Shown here: in pieces, positions 34,817-42,801 of the stretch
How the letters are laid out: each line of letters opens with the position of its first letter
Position numbering within the stretch: the first letter of the stretch is position 1
Origin: a virus
Lineage: Duplodnaviria; Caudoviricetes
Direction: 5' to 3' (one strand)
Virus record (IMG/VR): IMGVR_UViG_3300046170_000227
Span: 1 to 60,106 of that record
Length of the DNA stretch: 60,106 nucleotides
Position numbers and translations under genes: made by a program
Notes under the pieces: generated by a model
Told to the model about the DNA's origin: nothing
The model's database searches: none
Seen by the model: only the letters and a program-made list of their open reading frames with translations

Positions 34817-34878
34817 CAAACATCCATTAGTATCCTATATATAATACAAATAACAATTAACACAGAAAGAAGAAAGTT

Positions 34879-35100
34879 ATGAAAAAGAAAAAAGCAGCAA
34901 AAGACGCTTATTACGAAGAAGAGTCTAACAGAGTATATGTATTTAATAATGTTATGTTTAACTTTAGTATGTACATAAACGCAAGCACCGCTAATGAAGC
35001 CATGGAAAAATTTGATCAATGTGGGTTTGCTCACAGAAATCACTGGAAAGTTATGGTCGAATTATCAGAACAACCATCGGAGGGTCCTCATGGCGAATAA
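34879..35100 (+). CDS. Hypothetical protein
   Basis: 73-aa ORF downstream of TTGACA at 34813. Confidence 0.45.
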   Translation: MKKKKAAKDAYYEEESNRVYVFNNVMFNFSMYINASTANEAMEKFDQCGFAHRNHWKVMVELSEQPSEGPHGE

Positions 35101-35389
35101 ACTAGATTGTACTGATAAAGCTTACGAGATAATGATGAAGCATACCAACTGGCGTAAGCCTAAACGTATGACTCCAAAACGTCAAAAAGCAATTGATGAA
35201 TCTTGGGGACGATGGAAGATATATAGACAAGCATTATTAGATGCTAATTTATATAGTGGTATGGCTTGGTCTGGAGATAGTAAATGGCCTAAAGTAGATA
35301 TAAACACTAAAGAAAAATTTACTGAAAGTATGTTGACACAACATTGTATCAGTCATACATTTACTTTAGATATAGAAAGGTTGAGATGA
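35090..35389 (+). CDS. Hypothetical protein
   Basis: GGAGG RBS before MANKLDC. Confidence 0.45.
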   Translation: MANKLDCTDKAYEIMMKHTNWRKPKRMTPKRQKAIDESWGRWKIYRQALLDANLYSGMAWSGDSKWPKVDINTKEKFTESMLTQHCISHTFTLDIERLR

Positions 35390-35592
35390 GTAAAGAAAAA
35401 ACAATAACAATAACAGTAGATGGTACTAATCCTGGTCAATGGTCTAACCTAATACTGGAACTAAATATTATGAAAAAAGCTTGGAGATCTTTTGGTGTAA
35501 CCATGGATTTAAAAGCACCAGGTATAAAAAATATAATTGAGTGGGGAAATAAAACAGGAGATTATGTCAGACCTAATCGAAAAAAAAAATAA
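35386..35592 (+). CDS. Hypothetical protein
   Basis: MSKEKTITITV...; coupled to the upstream stop. Confidence 0.45.
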   Translation: MSKEKTITITVDGTNPGQWSNLILELNIMKKAWRSFGVTMDLKAPGIKNIIEWGNKTGDYVRPNRKKK

Positions 35593-36143
35593 TGGAACTA
35601 ATAATACAAAACGACGGATTGTATCAGTTAGTTCCTGTCACAAAAGCAGATGATGGAACATATCTCATTGTTGGTAAAAGTAGATTGCATGGATCTGTGC
35701 GAGATACTAAGACTAAAACTGACAACGTACGCCGACAGTTTAAATCTACATGTCATGAATGATGGCAGTGGAAATTTTTACGGTTGTATTTGTAAATAGA
35801 CCTATCCCTAAAGAGGGGAAATATTGTGGGATAGGTTTATGGTGAGAAGATCTAATCCGATAACACAATTAAATTATCTTGTCAACTTTACAATCAAACC
35901 TAGTATACATTTCGTATTTATCTACTACTTCTGGAGTCATTTCTTTTAATAAAATACTAGAGTAATCATAACCAAAATAAATACATTCATGATAGGTATC
36001 AAACTCTACGATAGGGAGTTGGAATTGGTTTGCAGTCATTTCCTGGAATACCACTACAAACTAACATTAATAAAATAAATTTTGTCATTGACAATCCTAT
36101 ATTATGCACTATATAGTCTACTTTAACATGAAAGGAAGTAAAC

Positions 36144-36317
36144 ATGACAGACATGACTAAGTACAAAAACGTTTCTTTAAGTAAAGAAACATACGCTACT
36201 TTAGATAAGTTATCAAAGGTAATATTGCCCGATGCAAAATTATCAGTAGCAAAGACAATAGAAGCAATAGCAAACGAGAAAGCGAAGAAATTAAATGGCA
36301 AGTTCAAAAAAAGTTAA
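36144..36317 (+). CDS. Putative ribbon-helix-helix DNA-binding protein (57 aa)
   Basis: Manually translated YKNVSLSKETYATLDKLSK...LSVAKTIEAIA: a beta strand plus two helices; AAAGGA RBS. Confidence 0.5.
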   Translation: MTDMTKYKNVSLSKETYATLDKLSKVILPDAKLSVAKTIEAIANEKAKKLNGKFKKS

Positions 36318-36492
36318 GAAAGTATACATTTGTCCTACCTGTAAAGGTAATGGCTATGTAAAAGTCGCTTGCATTTATGAAAAAGAAGATATGGTTCATC
36401 AATGTTGGGACTGTGAGTCGCAAGGAGAACTTTACGATTATGGAGATGAAGACTTTTCAGATCTTGAAGGGGAAGGAATGTCAATACACTAA
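36295..36492 (+). CDS. DnaJ-type zinc-finger small protein
   Basis: CPTCKGNG and CWDCESQG. Confidence 0.6.
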   Translation: MASSKKVKKVYICPTCKGNGYVKVACIYEKEDMVHQCWDCESQGELYDYGDEDFSDLEGEGMSIH

Positions 36493-36932
36493 TGATACCT
36501 GATACTGACAAAGCGTATATTGCAGGACTGTTTGACGGAGAAGGGTCCATACATATAAGACGTGGCATTGAAAAGAAAAAGAAACACAAAGGCAAACCTG
36601 GATACAGACTATCTAATAGTCTGCGTCTAAGCATGGAGATCACTATGACTGACCGTAGTGTTCTCATGTGGGTGCATGAAGTATTAGGTGTTGGAACTCT
36701 AACACCTAAAAAGGTTAAGGGTAAACGTGTAGATGGTACACCTTATCTTAAACAATACAGATGGCGATGTACATTTAGAGATGCATACTATGTGTGTTGT
36801 TTGATATGGCCATTTGCACATACTAAACTACCTAAGATACAACAAGTCATAGAACATTACACACAACAAGCGTTAAAAGGTAATGTAATTTCTTTAGAAG
36901 AGTATAGGATGGTACAAAAAGATGTTAGATAA
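36492..36932 (+). CDS. Single-motif LAGLIDADG endonuclease-like protein
   Basis: AYIAGLFDGEGSI motif. Confidence 0.75.
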   Translation: MIPDTDKAYIAGLFDGEGSIHIRRGIEKKKKHKGKPGYRLSNSLRLSMEITMTDRSVLMWVHEVLGVGTLTPKKVKGKRVDGTPYLKQYRWRCTFRDAYYVCCLIWPFAHTKLPKIQQVIEHYTQQALKGNVISLEEYRMVQKDVR

Positions 36933-37183
36933 ATATATTTATAATTTTTTATATTTTGTAAACCATGTATCAACTAAACTAACAAGTTGGTCCTGGTGTA
37001 AATTATATAGTGATAGGAAAAAAGGTTATGGCTACAGGAAAAAAAAGATAGACCATGGGATGGTAGATCAAGACCGTCTGATGATTAGTATAGTAAAAGA
37101 GTTTGATGAGAATATTTAAAACCTAAAACTACTTCAGAATTACTTAGAGAAGGTTACGAGGAAGAGAAGAAGGATGTTAGAGA

Positions 37184-37934
37184 ATGAAGAAGAGTAATAA
37201 ATACAATTATTTAGAAGGAAAACAAATCACGGATCCTGATACAGGAAAACGTGTCTATGAGATAAGTTCTTATAGACTTCCGAGTCGTAACTACTATATT
37301 AGGGGCTACCAAAAATACAGAATTTTTAACCAAATGGAAGGCCAAAGTCGGTGAAGAACAAGCAGAGCGAATCAAGAATGTTTCTAGTGCACGGGGGACC
37401 AGTATGCATAAATTCCTCGAGTCATTTATCACAGATGTTGGTTACGATGATCTTACAGAACTCGGACAGGCGGCGTTGCCCATGGCCAAAAAAATTATGG
37501 AGATCGGTCTTGCGCCGGTGGAAGAGTATTATGGTTCCGAAGTTACGTTACACTATCCGGGCCTATACGCAGGCCAAACAGACCTTATCTGTAATCATAA
37601 TGGTATGGAAACTGTCGTTGACTTCAAGCAAGCTAACCGTCCGAAAAAGAAAGAATGGATCGAAGATTATTATTTGCAAATTGCAGCATACGCCATGGCA
37701 CACGACTATGTCTACGGCTCCCAAATTAAACAAGGAGTTATCATGGTATGCACGCCTGACCTATATTATCAAGAGTTCAAAGTAGAAGGACCTGAATTAA
37801 GGCGCTGGAAACATGCGTTTTTGAAGAGATTGGACATGTATCATGACCTAATGTTCGATGAGAAAGAAAAAACAACACCGATGAAAGAAGAAGATTTTAA
37901 TGAAAACAATCAACACAAATTTAAAAAATTATAA
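37184..37934 (+). CDS. PD-(D/E)XK exonuclease (frameshift near 37285)
   Basis: LPS-VTTIL, RGT.MH, YAGQTDL, VDFKQ, LQIAAY. Confidence 0.8.
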
Positions 37935-38574
37935 AACAGATATAGGTGTTTCTGAATTAGAAAAACAAATAGAAACATTAAAACAAAAAGCAGCTTTACC
38001 TTGTATTTATGCTTTTATAGATATTAAAAAAGAATTTGTTCCTAATGGAGTTCTTTACATTGGACAAAGTAAATCAGTCAAAAACAGAATTCTTAATTAT
38101 AAAGGTAAAAAATCTTCTGAGATTTTAAAAAAATTACAAAAAAGATTTAATCTTTGGGATAATTATTGGGGACAAGATTGGGGAGATGGTGAAATAATGG
38201 GCCCTAATCAAAAACAGGCAGCAGAAATAGATAACCTTCGTAAGTTTATAGAAGACCCAACAAGATGTCAGTTAATAATTAAAATAAGAAAAAAAGAAGA
38301 ATCAGAAGAAACACGTAAAAAATATGAGAAATTATATATAAATCGTTACTATCCTTTTTTAAATAAAATGCCATGGCATCCTTATAAAGCTACATCACGA
38401 AGATATTATATGAATCAAATGCATCCTGAAAAAAATCAAAGAAGTAAATTACCTGTTTATTGTTTACATACAGGAGACGTTTTTGAAGGACCTAGCGAAA
38501 TAGAAATAAGAAATTTAAATAAACAAAAGTATGATTCGAGAGTGAAAGGAATAAAAATAGATTTAAATGTTTAG
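37900..38574 (+). CDS. GIY-YIG nuclease-like protein
   Basis: CIY...LYIGQS....R..Y, then E..YI...P.LN. Confidence 0.65.
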   Translation: MKTINTNLKNYKTDIGVSELEKQIETLKQKAALPCIYAFIDIKKEFVPNGVLYIGQSKSVKNRILNYKGKKSSEILKKLQKRFNLWDNYWGQDWGDGEIMGPNQKQAAEIDNLRKFIEDPTRCQLIIKIRKKEESEETRKKYEKLYINRYYPFLNKMPWHPYKATSRRYYMNQMHPEKNQRSKLPVYCLHTGDVFEGPSEIEIRNLNKQKYDSRVKGIKIDLNV

Positions 38575-38708
38575 AAAGATAAGACCAAATAATTTAGATA
38601 AAATAAATAAATTACAATCTATGAAGGTACATCCTGTAGGAGTAATAGGTAAAAGAGATGTGCGTATAAATAAATTAATTAGTAAGTTATATAATAGAAA
38701 GGAATACT

Positions 38709-38909
38709 ATGACGGACCAGACGAGATGGGGAATAGACCAAGTTCAAGTAAAGAATAAGGCTATAAAATACCAGAAGGACCTTGTATCACGGGCCATGGA
38801 TCATGTGGTCAAGATGGACGAATCAGGGATCACGGATCTTATGATTCAGATTGAGGCGGAATATGAGCGAAAGTATGGCAAAAATAAAACAGATAAAGTT
38901 GTTCTTTAG
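38709..38909 (+). CDS. Hypothetical protein
   Basis: 66-aa ORF with AAAGGA RBS. Confidence 0.45.
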   Translation: MTDQTRWGIDQVQVKNKAIKYQKDLVSRAMDHVVKMDESGITDLMIQIEAEYERKYGKNKTDKVVL

Positions 38910-38921
38910 AATAATTCTAAA
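38905..38921. promoter_or_regulatory. ICE (Irr-box)-like palindrome 1
   Basis: TTTAGAA-TAA-TTCTAAA, exact match to TTTRGAAYNRTTCYAAA. Confidence 0.55.
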
Positions 38922-38927
38922 TAATTT

Positions 38928-39249
38928 TGCGAACCCTAGGGTTCGGGAAATGCCCAAAAGTGCGAACTTAGGGTTCGGGAGCCTTCGCACTTTTTGTAAA
39001 AAACAGGTCAATTGTGTCCAAATTGTGTTCAAATATGGCCTTTGCCACATTTCTGCCACAAAAGTGCGAACCCTACCCCCTGTTTTGCGAACCCATTTTA
39101 CGCCAATGCGAAGCCTTGCGAACTTAGGGTTCGGGGCTTACTATTCAAGTATACCAACACTAATAGCTCAATTTTTAAGTTTTGCGAACTTTCAAAAATA
39201 TTTTTTGTCTAGCGCATGAAAAAATATAATTTGTCATATAGGGTTCGCA
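38928..39249. repeat. TGCGAA(C) direct/inverted repeat array; candidate replication origin or packaging signal
   Basis: TGCGAA at 38928, 38961, 39065, 39086, 39107, 39117, 39183 and inverted at 38984 and 39244; palindrome CGAACCCTAGGGTTCG at 38930-38945. Confidence 0.8.
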
Positions 39250-39517
39250 GATGTAAAAGAAGTTATGCCTAAAAAGAAATCTAGACGTATAAATAGCTAT
39301 AACAAACCCAAAGCTGGTCAAAGCAGGCAGTTAAGTTTCCATACAAGCGTGTACGTATAGATTGGATTGACATCATCACAGAAGGTGGCTGGGGCACAGG
39401 TAAAAGAGTTTACTGATATGAAACTAGCTACACCTGTAAGTGAAGGTTGGCTGTTTTCTAAAGACAAAGATACTGTGAGAATATTTGCAGGTTATGATGT
39501 TGATGATGATGGTACTA

Positions 39518-40039
39518 TTACTTTTTCGGAGCGATCGGTTTTTCCAACGTCTTGTGTGAAGAAGATAACGAAGATTCATTAGGTGTCACATTTATCAGAG
39601 ATCCGTAATCGTCTATTATCTGTTTCATTTTTGCTTCTAGCTCTTGTTCTGATAGGTCCTCTAGTTTTCCTGTTTTTATTATCTTTCTATCTATGTATAG
39701 TCCTGCTGCTTTTCCTCTGTTTGCTTCCGCGTTCACTGCTGAAGAGAATGATCCTTTTTTTAAAGCGGCCTCTCTTAGTCTAGCAAGTTCTGCAATGTGT
39801 CCTTCATAAGATACCTCATGTTTTCTAATTCTCTCTTCTCTCAACTGTCCTAAATATTTTGCAACTAATGGTGAGAGTCTTGGGTTGTTTAATTCTGATC
39901 CTTCTTGTCTTGCACGTTTAGGACTGTAGCCAGCAGCGATAGCCGCTTCTGTTTGTGTCATTGGTCCTTCCGGTCCACCGAATACTAAGAACTCAGCAAA
40001 ACGTTGTTGCATTTCTGTTAATCTTTTTGGAACACCCAT
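39518..40039 (-). CDS. terS: Terminase small subunit
   Basis: LTEMQQRFAE...EAAIAAGYS....A...GSEL...P.V..Y and A..AE..RGK..GLY.D motifs. Confidence 0.75.
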   Translation of the reverse strand: MGVPKRLTEMQQRFAEFLVFGGPEGPMTQTEAAIAAGYSPKRARQEGSELNNPRLSPLVAKYLGQLREERIRKHEVSYEGHIAELARLREAALKKGSFSSAVNAEANRGKAAGLYIDRKIIKTGKLEDLSEQELEAKMKQIIDDYGSLINVTPNESSLSSSHKTLEKPIAPKK

Positions 40040-40040
40040 G

Positions 40041-40074
40041 TTGACAATTTAAGGTAACTATCCTATATTGTCAA
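40041..40074. promoter_or_regulatory. Overlapping divergent sigma70-type promoters
   Basis: +: TTGACA(40041)-N17-TATATT. -: TTGACA(40074)-N17-TAAATT. Confidence 0.7.
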
Positions 40075-40076
40075 GA

Positions 40077-40262
40077 ATGAAAGTACATAGAAGTTCACAA
40101 GAATTACAAGAAACTATAGAAGGATATAAGATGATTATAGAAGAACAGAAGAAAGAGATTTGGGAATTAAAACAAATTGCATCTGAATACGAAAAAAATA
40201 AAAACTTGTTGCAAGGTTATAAAAACGTGATACAGGATTTATCATCCAGGTTGGTTAAATAA
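40077..40262 (+). CDS. Small coiled-coil protein
   Basis: ATG 40077 in frame with the listed ORF. Confidence 0.5.
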   Translation: MKVHRSSQELQETIEGYKMIIEEQKKEIWELKQIASEYEKNKNLLQGYKNVIQDLSSRLVK

Positions 40263-40504
40263 TGTTAATCAAACATTTGCAAGACTATCTAGAAAAGTTT
40301 ACTGAAGGTCCAGGTGGCACAAAAGGCAACGCAGTTTCCAATGCTCGTGTCTACATTATGGACGAGAAAGGTTTTCTTGAAGAGATCAAACGTATTGAAG
40401 TGCACGAAAGTACAATCATAGGGGACGGTTCTATTAAGGTAGTATTGAAACCACAACGTGAGAAAAAGCTTATTTTAAATCCTGGTTTAGTGGGTGACCA
40501 TTAA
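40262..40504 (+). CDS. Hypothetical protein
   Basis: 80-aa coupled ORF. Confidence 0.5.
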   Translation: MLIKHLQDYLEKFTEGPGGTKGNAVSNARVYIMDEKGFLEEIKRIEVHESTIIGDGSIKVVLKPQREKKLILNPGLVGDH

Positions 40505-40536
40505 CATTTAAACACAGGAGTAACCTTGAAAACAGC

Positions 40537-40914
40537 ATGGCGCCAGAGCGTAAATTATATCAAAAAGTTAAGAAACATTTTACCAATTTTTCCCTCATTA
40601 GACTTGAAAATAATAGCTTACACGGTACTCCCGATCTATTGGCTTATAATAATTCTGGCCACTTTTTCACTATCGAACTGAAAGTCACTTCGGGTAACCG
40701 ATTAAAGTTTTCACCACACCAAATAGCCTTTCATGTGAGGCATCCGAACAATACATTTATCATAGCAGAGGCCCTTGGTCCAAGGTCCGAGAAACTTATT
40801 TACATGTATCCTGGTTCAAGAATCTTGGAGCTTGAAGCCTGTGGCTTGAAGCTTGATCCTTTATGCTTGGGGCTTGAAGCTTGTGGCTTGTGGCTTAATA
40901 GACTTGGTGCTTGA
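40537..40914 (+). CDS. PD-(D/E)XK nuclease, Holliday junction resolvase/VRR-NUC-like
   Basis: E..LY, RLEN...GTPDL, IELK, SPHQIAFH. Confidence 0.7.
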   Translation: MAPERKLYQKVKKHFTNFSLIRLENNSLHGTPDLLAYNNSGHFFTIELKVTSGNRLKFSPHQIAFHVRHPNNTFIIAEALGPRSEKLIYMYPGSRILELEACGLKLDPLCLGLEACGLWLNRLGA

Positions 40915-40971
40915 AGCTTGCGGCTTGGAGCTTGATGCTTGTGGCTTGCTGCTTGGAGCTTGAGGCTTGTG
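40823..40971. repeat. GCTTGNN heptamer tandem array 1 (~21 units, 16 exact GCTTG)
   Basis: Read directly; 7-bp period with a single 2-bp phase slip at 40900. Confidence 0.9.
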
Positions 40972-41086
40972 GCCCGGACCAGGTGCACGCTGGGCTTCAG
41001 CCGTCGCTTTTCCATTGCTAATGACCTGATCCGATTTATCCCTTGGGATTCTGTAAAATTTTGGGTGTTTAAAAACAAATGTCATG

Positions 41087-41686
41087 TTAGTGTTTACCAT
41101 ATTCTATATTCTTAACAAGCGGGTCCCAGCAAGCTCGACAGCTGCCGCACTCATTGTTGTTGTCAGGGGCTGGACAGCTTCGACTCTTCGTCGAGACTGT
41201 TGACGTATTGGCCCAGCTCTTGACTGGTCCCTGGTCAATCATCGGTGATGAAAATCTTACAACTAAGTTTGCTGGCGCCATGTGCATATGGTCCTTGATC
41301 CACGCTTCACGCGTTGGCATCCAGTGACGCTTAGCTGGTGTGGCTCTACAGACTTCGAAAATTTTCATTAAGTGGGTGAAGTCCTGCACGTCGCCTGAAT
41401 CGTGCCATCTAAACACATCAGGCTTTTTGCTGTTGATCAGTGTTGCCATCGCTTCGACCCATTGCGGGTGATCAATTGCCTTCAGGCGCTTGTATTGCGC
41501 CGCTTGTACAACAGCGAAAACATAACAACCTTTCTCAGCGTAACAGCCTGAGCATACTGAGTTAGGTATTAATTTTAATTTGTTTCCAGTCTTGCATTCA
41601 GCAGCAGGAATTCCAATTGCCCAGCCGGGCATCTTCGACGGTTTACTTAGCCCTCCAACCAGGGCCCATGCTTCTTTAGTATTCAT
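41087..41686 (-). CDS. GP88-family Cys-rich phage protein
   Basis: SKPSKMP, C...VCSGCYA.KG, FRWHDSGD, CPA....CGSCRACWD. Confidence 0.7.
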   Translation of the reverse strand: MNTKEAWALVGGLSKPSKMPGWAIGIPAAECKTGNKLKLIPNSVCSGCYAEKGCYVFAVVQAAQYKRLKAIDHPQWVEAMATLINSKKPDVFRWHDSGDVQDFTHLMKIFEVCRATPAKRHWMPTREAWIKDHMHMAPANLVVRFSSPMIDQGPVKSWANTSTVSTKSRSCPAPDNNNECGSCRACWDPLVKNIEYGKH

Positions 41687-41713
41687 ATTCTTTTGTCCTT
41701 TCTTTTATAGGAT

Positions 41714-41742
41714 ACTATAACATTATAATTCTTACGTGTCAA
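41714..41742 (-). promoter_or_regulatory. Strong sigma70-type promoter for the GP88 gene
   Basis: Minus strand TTGACA-N17-TATAGT with TG extended -10. Confidence 0.75.
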
Positions 41743-41805
41743 GCTTGCGGCTTGTCGCTTGCAGCTTGAGGCTTGTTGCTTGTAGCTCGGTCCTTGGGCC
41801 TCGAG
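41743..41805. repeat. GCTTGNN heptamer array 2
   Basis: Exact GCTTG at 41743, 41750, 41757, 41764, 41771, 41778, then degenerate units. Confidence 0.85.
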
Positions 41806-41864
41806 CCAGCGCCAGTGGTGCAGCAGGATCTGTATACTTTCAGATCCTGCTCTATGGGCCTTAT

Positions 41865-42017
41865 TCATTTTAAATATCCAATCTCTTTCAGGTAGTCATA
41901 GGCATCATCCATCGTGGATCTAAAATGCTCAGTCCTGTATTCGGCTGGACAGTCTTCATCAGCCTGGCAGCACATAGCTGCCAGGTGAGCTGCAAGTATT
42001 TTTTCTTTTTCAGTCAT
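41865..42017 (-). CDS. Hypothetical protein (50 aa)
   Basis: Manually translated MTEKEKILAAHLAAMCCQADEDCPAEYRT...GYLK*; AGAAAGG RBS. Confidence 0.55.
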   Translation of the reverse strand: MTEKEKILAAHLAAMCCQADEDCPAEYRTEHFRSTMDDAYDYLKEIGYLK

Positions 42018-42144
42018 CCTTTCTGTCCTCCATGTATTTTCTTGATCTCTCCTGATCTTCCTTCACCATCCGGATGATCTCTTCCAGGGCGTTAGCTACT
42101 CTGTTCAGCTGCTCACCAGCTTCGTATATTTTTATTTTACTCAT
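42010..42144 (-). CDS. Hypothetical helical protein (44 aa)
   Basis: Manually translated MSKIKIYEAGEQLNRVANALEEIIRMVKED...; downstream of a promoter. Confidence 0.55.
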   Translation of the reverse strand: MSKIKIYEAGEQLNRVANALEEIIRMVKEDQERSRKYMEDRKDD

Positions 42145-42168
42145 ATGTATTTCTCACTTTCTATATTA

Positions 42169-42197
42169 ATCCTACATTATCCTTGAGCCATTGTCAA
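42169..42197 (-). promoter_or_regulatory. sigma70-type promoter
   Basis: Minus strand TTGACA-N17-TAGGAT. Confidence 0.65.
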
Positions 42198-42202
42198 GCG
42201 CT

Positions 42203-42223
42203 GCTTGCGGCTTGAGGCTTGGC
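42203..42223. repeat. GCTTGNN heptamer array 3
   Basis: GCTTG at 42203, 42210, 42217. Confidence 0.7.
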
Positions 42224-42252
42224 GCTCTCTGCTCTTCTTCTTTAGAATGATT

Positions 42253-42269
42253 TTTAGAATCATTCTAAA
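42253..42269. promoter_or_regulatory. ICE (Irr-box)-like palindrome 2
   Basis: TTTAGAA-TCA-TTCTAAA, with an extra TTTAGAAT half-site at 42241. Confidence 0.55.
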
Positions 42270-42294
42270 CTGGCAATTTACCCGTTGCGCCTCC

Positions 42295-42750
42295 TGATCA
42301 GGGAACTCGGCGCACCATGGTGTTACACACATTGCTACCTTGCGGATCATCGCTAACGTACAGGGAAATGCCAGAGGCAAGATGTGGACGCTGGTGTACA
42401 CTTACTGATACTATTATTAGCAGGACCCTGAGTTGAGGCCGGCGTGCTTTATTTTAACAGCCCGGGCAACAGGCCTAACAGGTTATCACCTGTCAGGGTC
42501 CAGCAAATAATGATCAGTCACTATGCTACGCGGGGTAGGTAGCGTTGCTTAATACCATGCAGGATCCTACGCGTGCCCCCGGGTTATAGTGTTATCTCCA
42601 CAGTCAATAATGACTGATCCCAGATCCAATTTACCAGTTCTAAAGCATAGCTGAACTTACTATCTATTGGATCAGGGATCAGTGCAGGGGAATTTTTAGG
42701 GTATCCCCTGCTCCTATTTTTTTATTTCACCTAAACAGAATAAAAAACAT
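42295..42750 (-). ncRNA. Candidate structured non-coding RNA: tandem array of long stem-loops
   Basis: Five to six consecutive inverted-repeat units, no convincing ORF, directly downstream of a minus-strand promoter. Confidence 0.6.
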
Positions 42751-42756
42751 AAATGC

Positions 42757-42795
42757 AATATAATCCTTGACTATCCTATTGTCAAGTAGTAAAAC
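42757..42795. promoter_or_regulatory. Divergent promoter pair built on the inverted repeat CTTGAC-TATCCTATT-GTCAAG
   Basis: -: TTGACA(42785)-N17-TATATT. +: TTGACT(42767)-N17-TAAAAC (weaker). Confidence 0.65.
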
Positions 42796-42801
42796 AATTA
42801 A

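Noticed and set aside
38823-39219. Overlapping ORFs across the TGCGAAC array
   Set aside because: Peptide repeats (ANLGFG) are by-products of the DNA repeats; no RBS support.
38928-39249. CRISPR array
   Set aside because: Repeats are 6-18 bp, irregularly spaced and in both orientations; no cas genes recognised.
40800-41100. PQASS-repeat ORFs and ORF 41683..41868 as repeat proteins
   Set aside because: The 7-bp period is not codon-phased and gives similar peptides in several frames. The N-terminal part of 40861..41100 could still be a real small gene.
42177-42401. 74-aa minus-strand ORF
   Set aside because: GTG start with no clear RBS; runs through hairpins, the ICE-like box, heptamers and a promoter.
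42445-42460. Minus-strand GTTAAAATAA resembling a tracrRNA segment
   Set aside because: Ten AT-rich bases only; no Cas9 or repeat partner.
42295-42750. Assignment as TIGR array, tRNA cluster, known riboswitch or hammerhead ribozyme
   Set aside because: No ~36-nt periodicity or recognisable Nop-domain protein, no cloverleaf or T-loop, and no CUGAUGA/GAAA core. Kept as an unassigned structured RNA.
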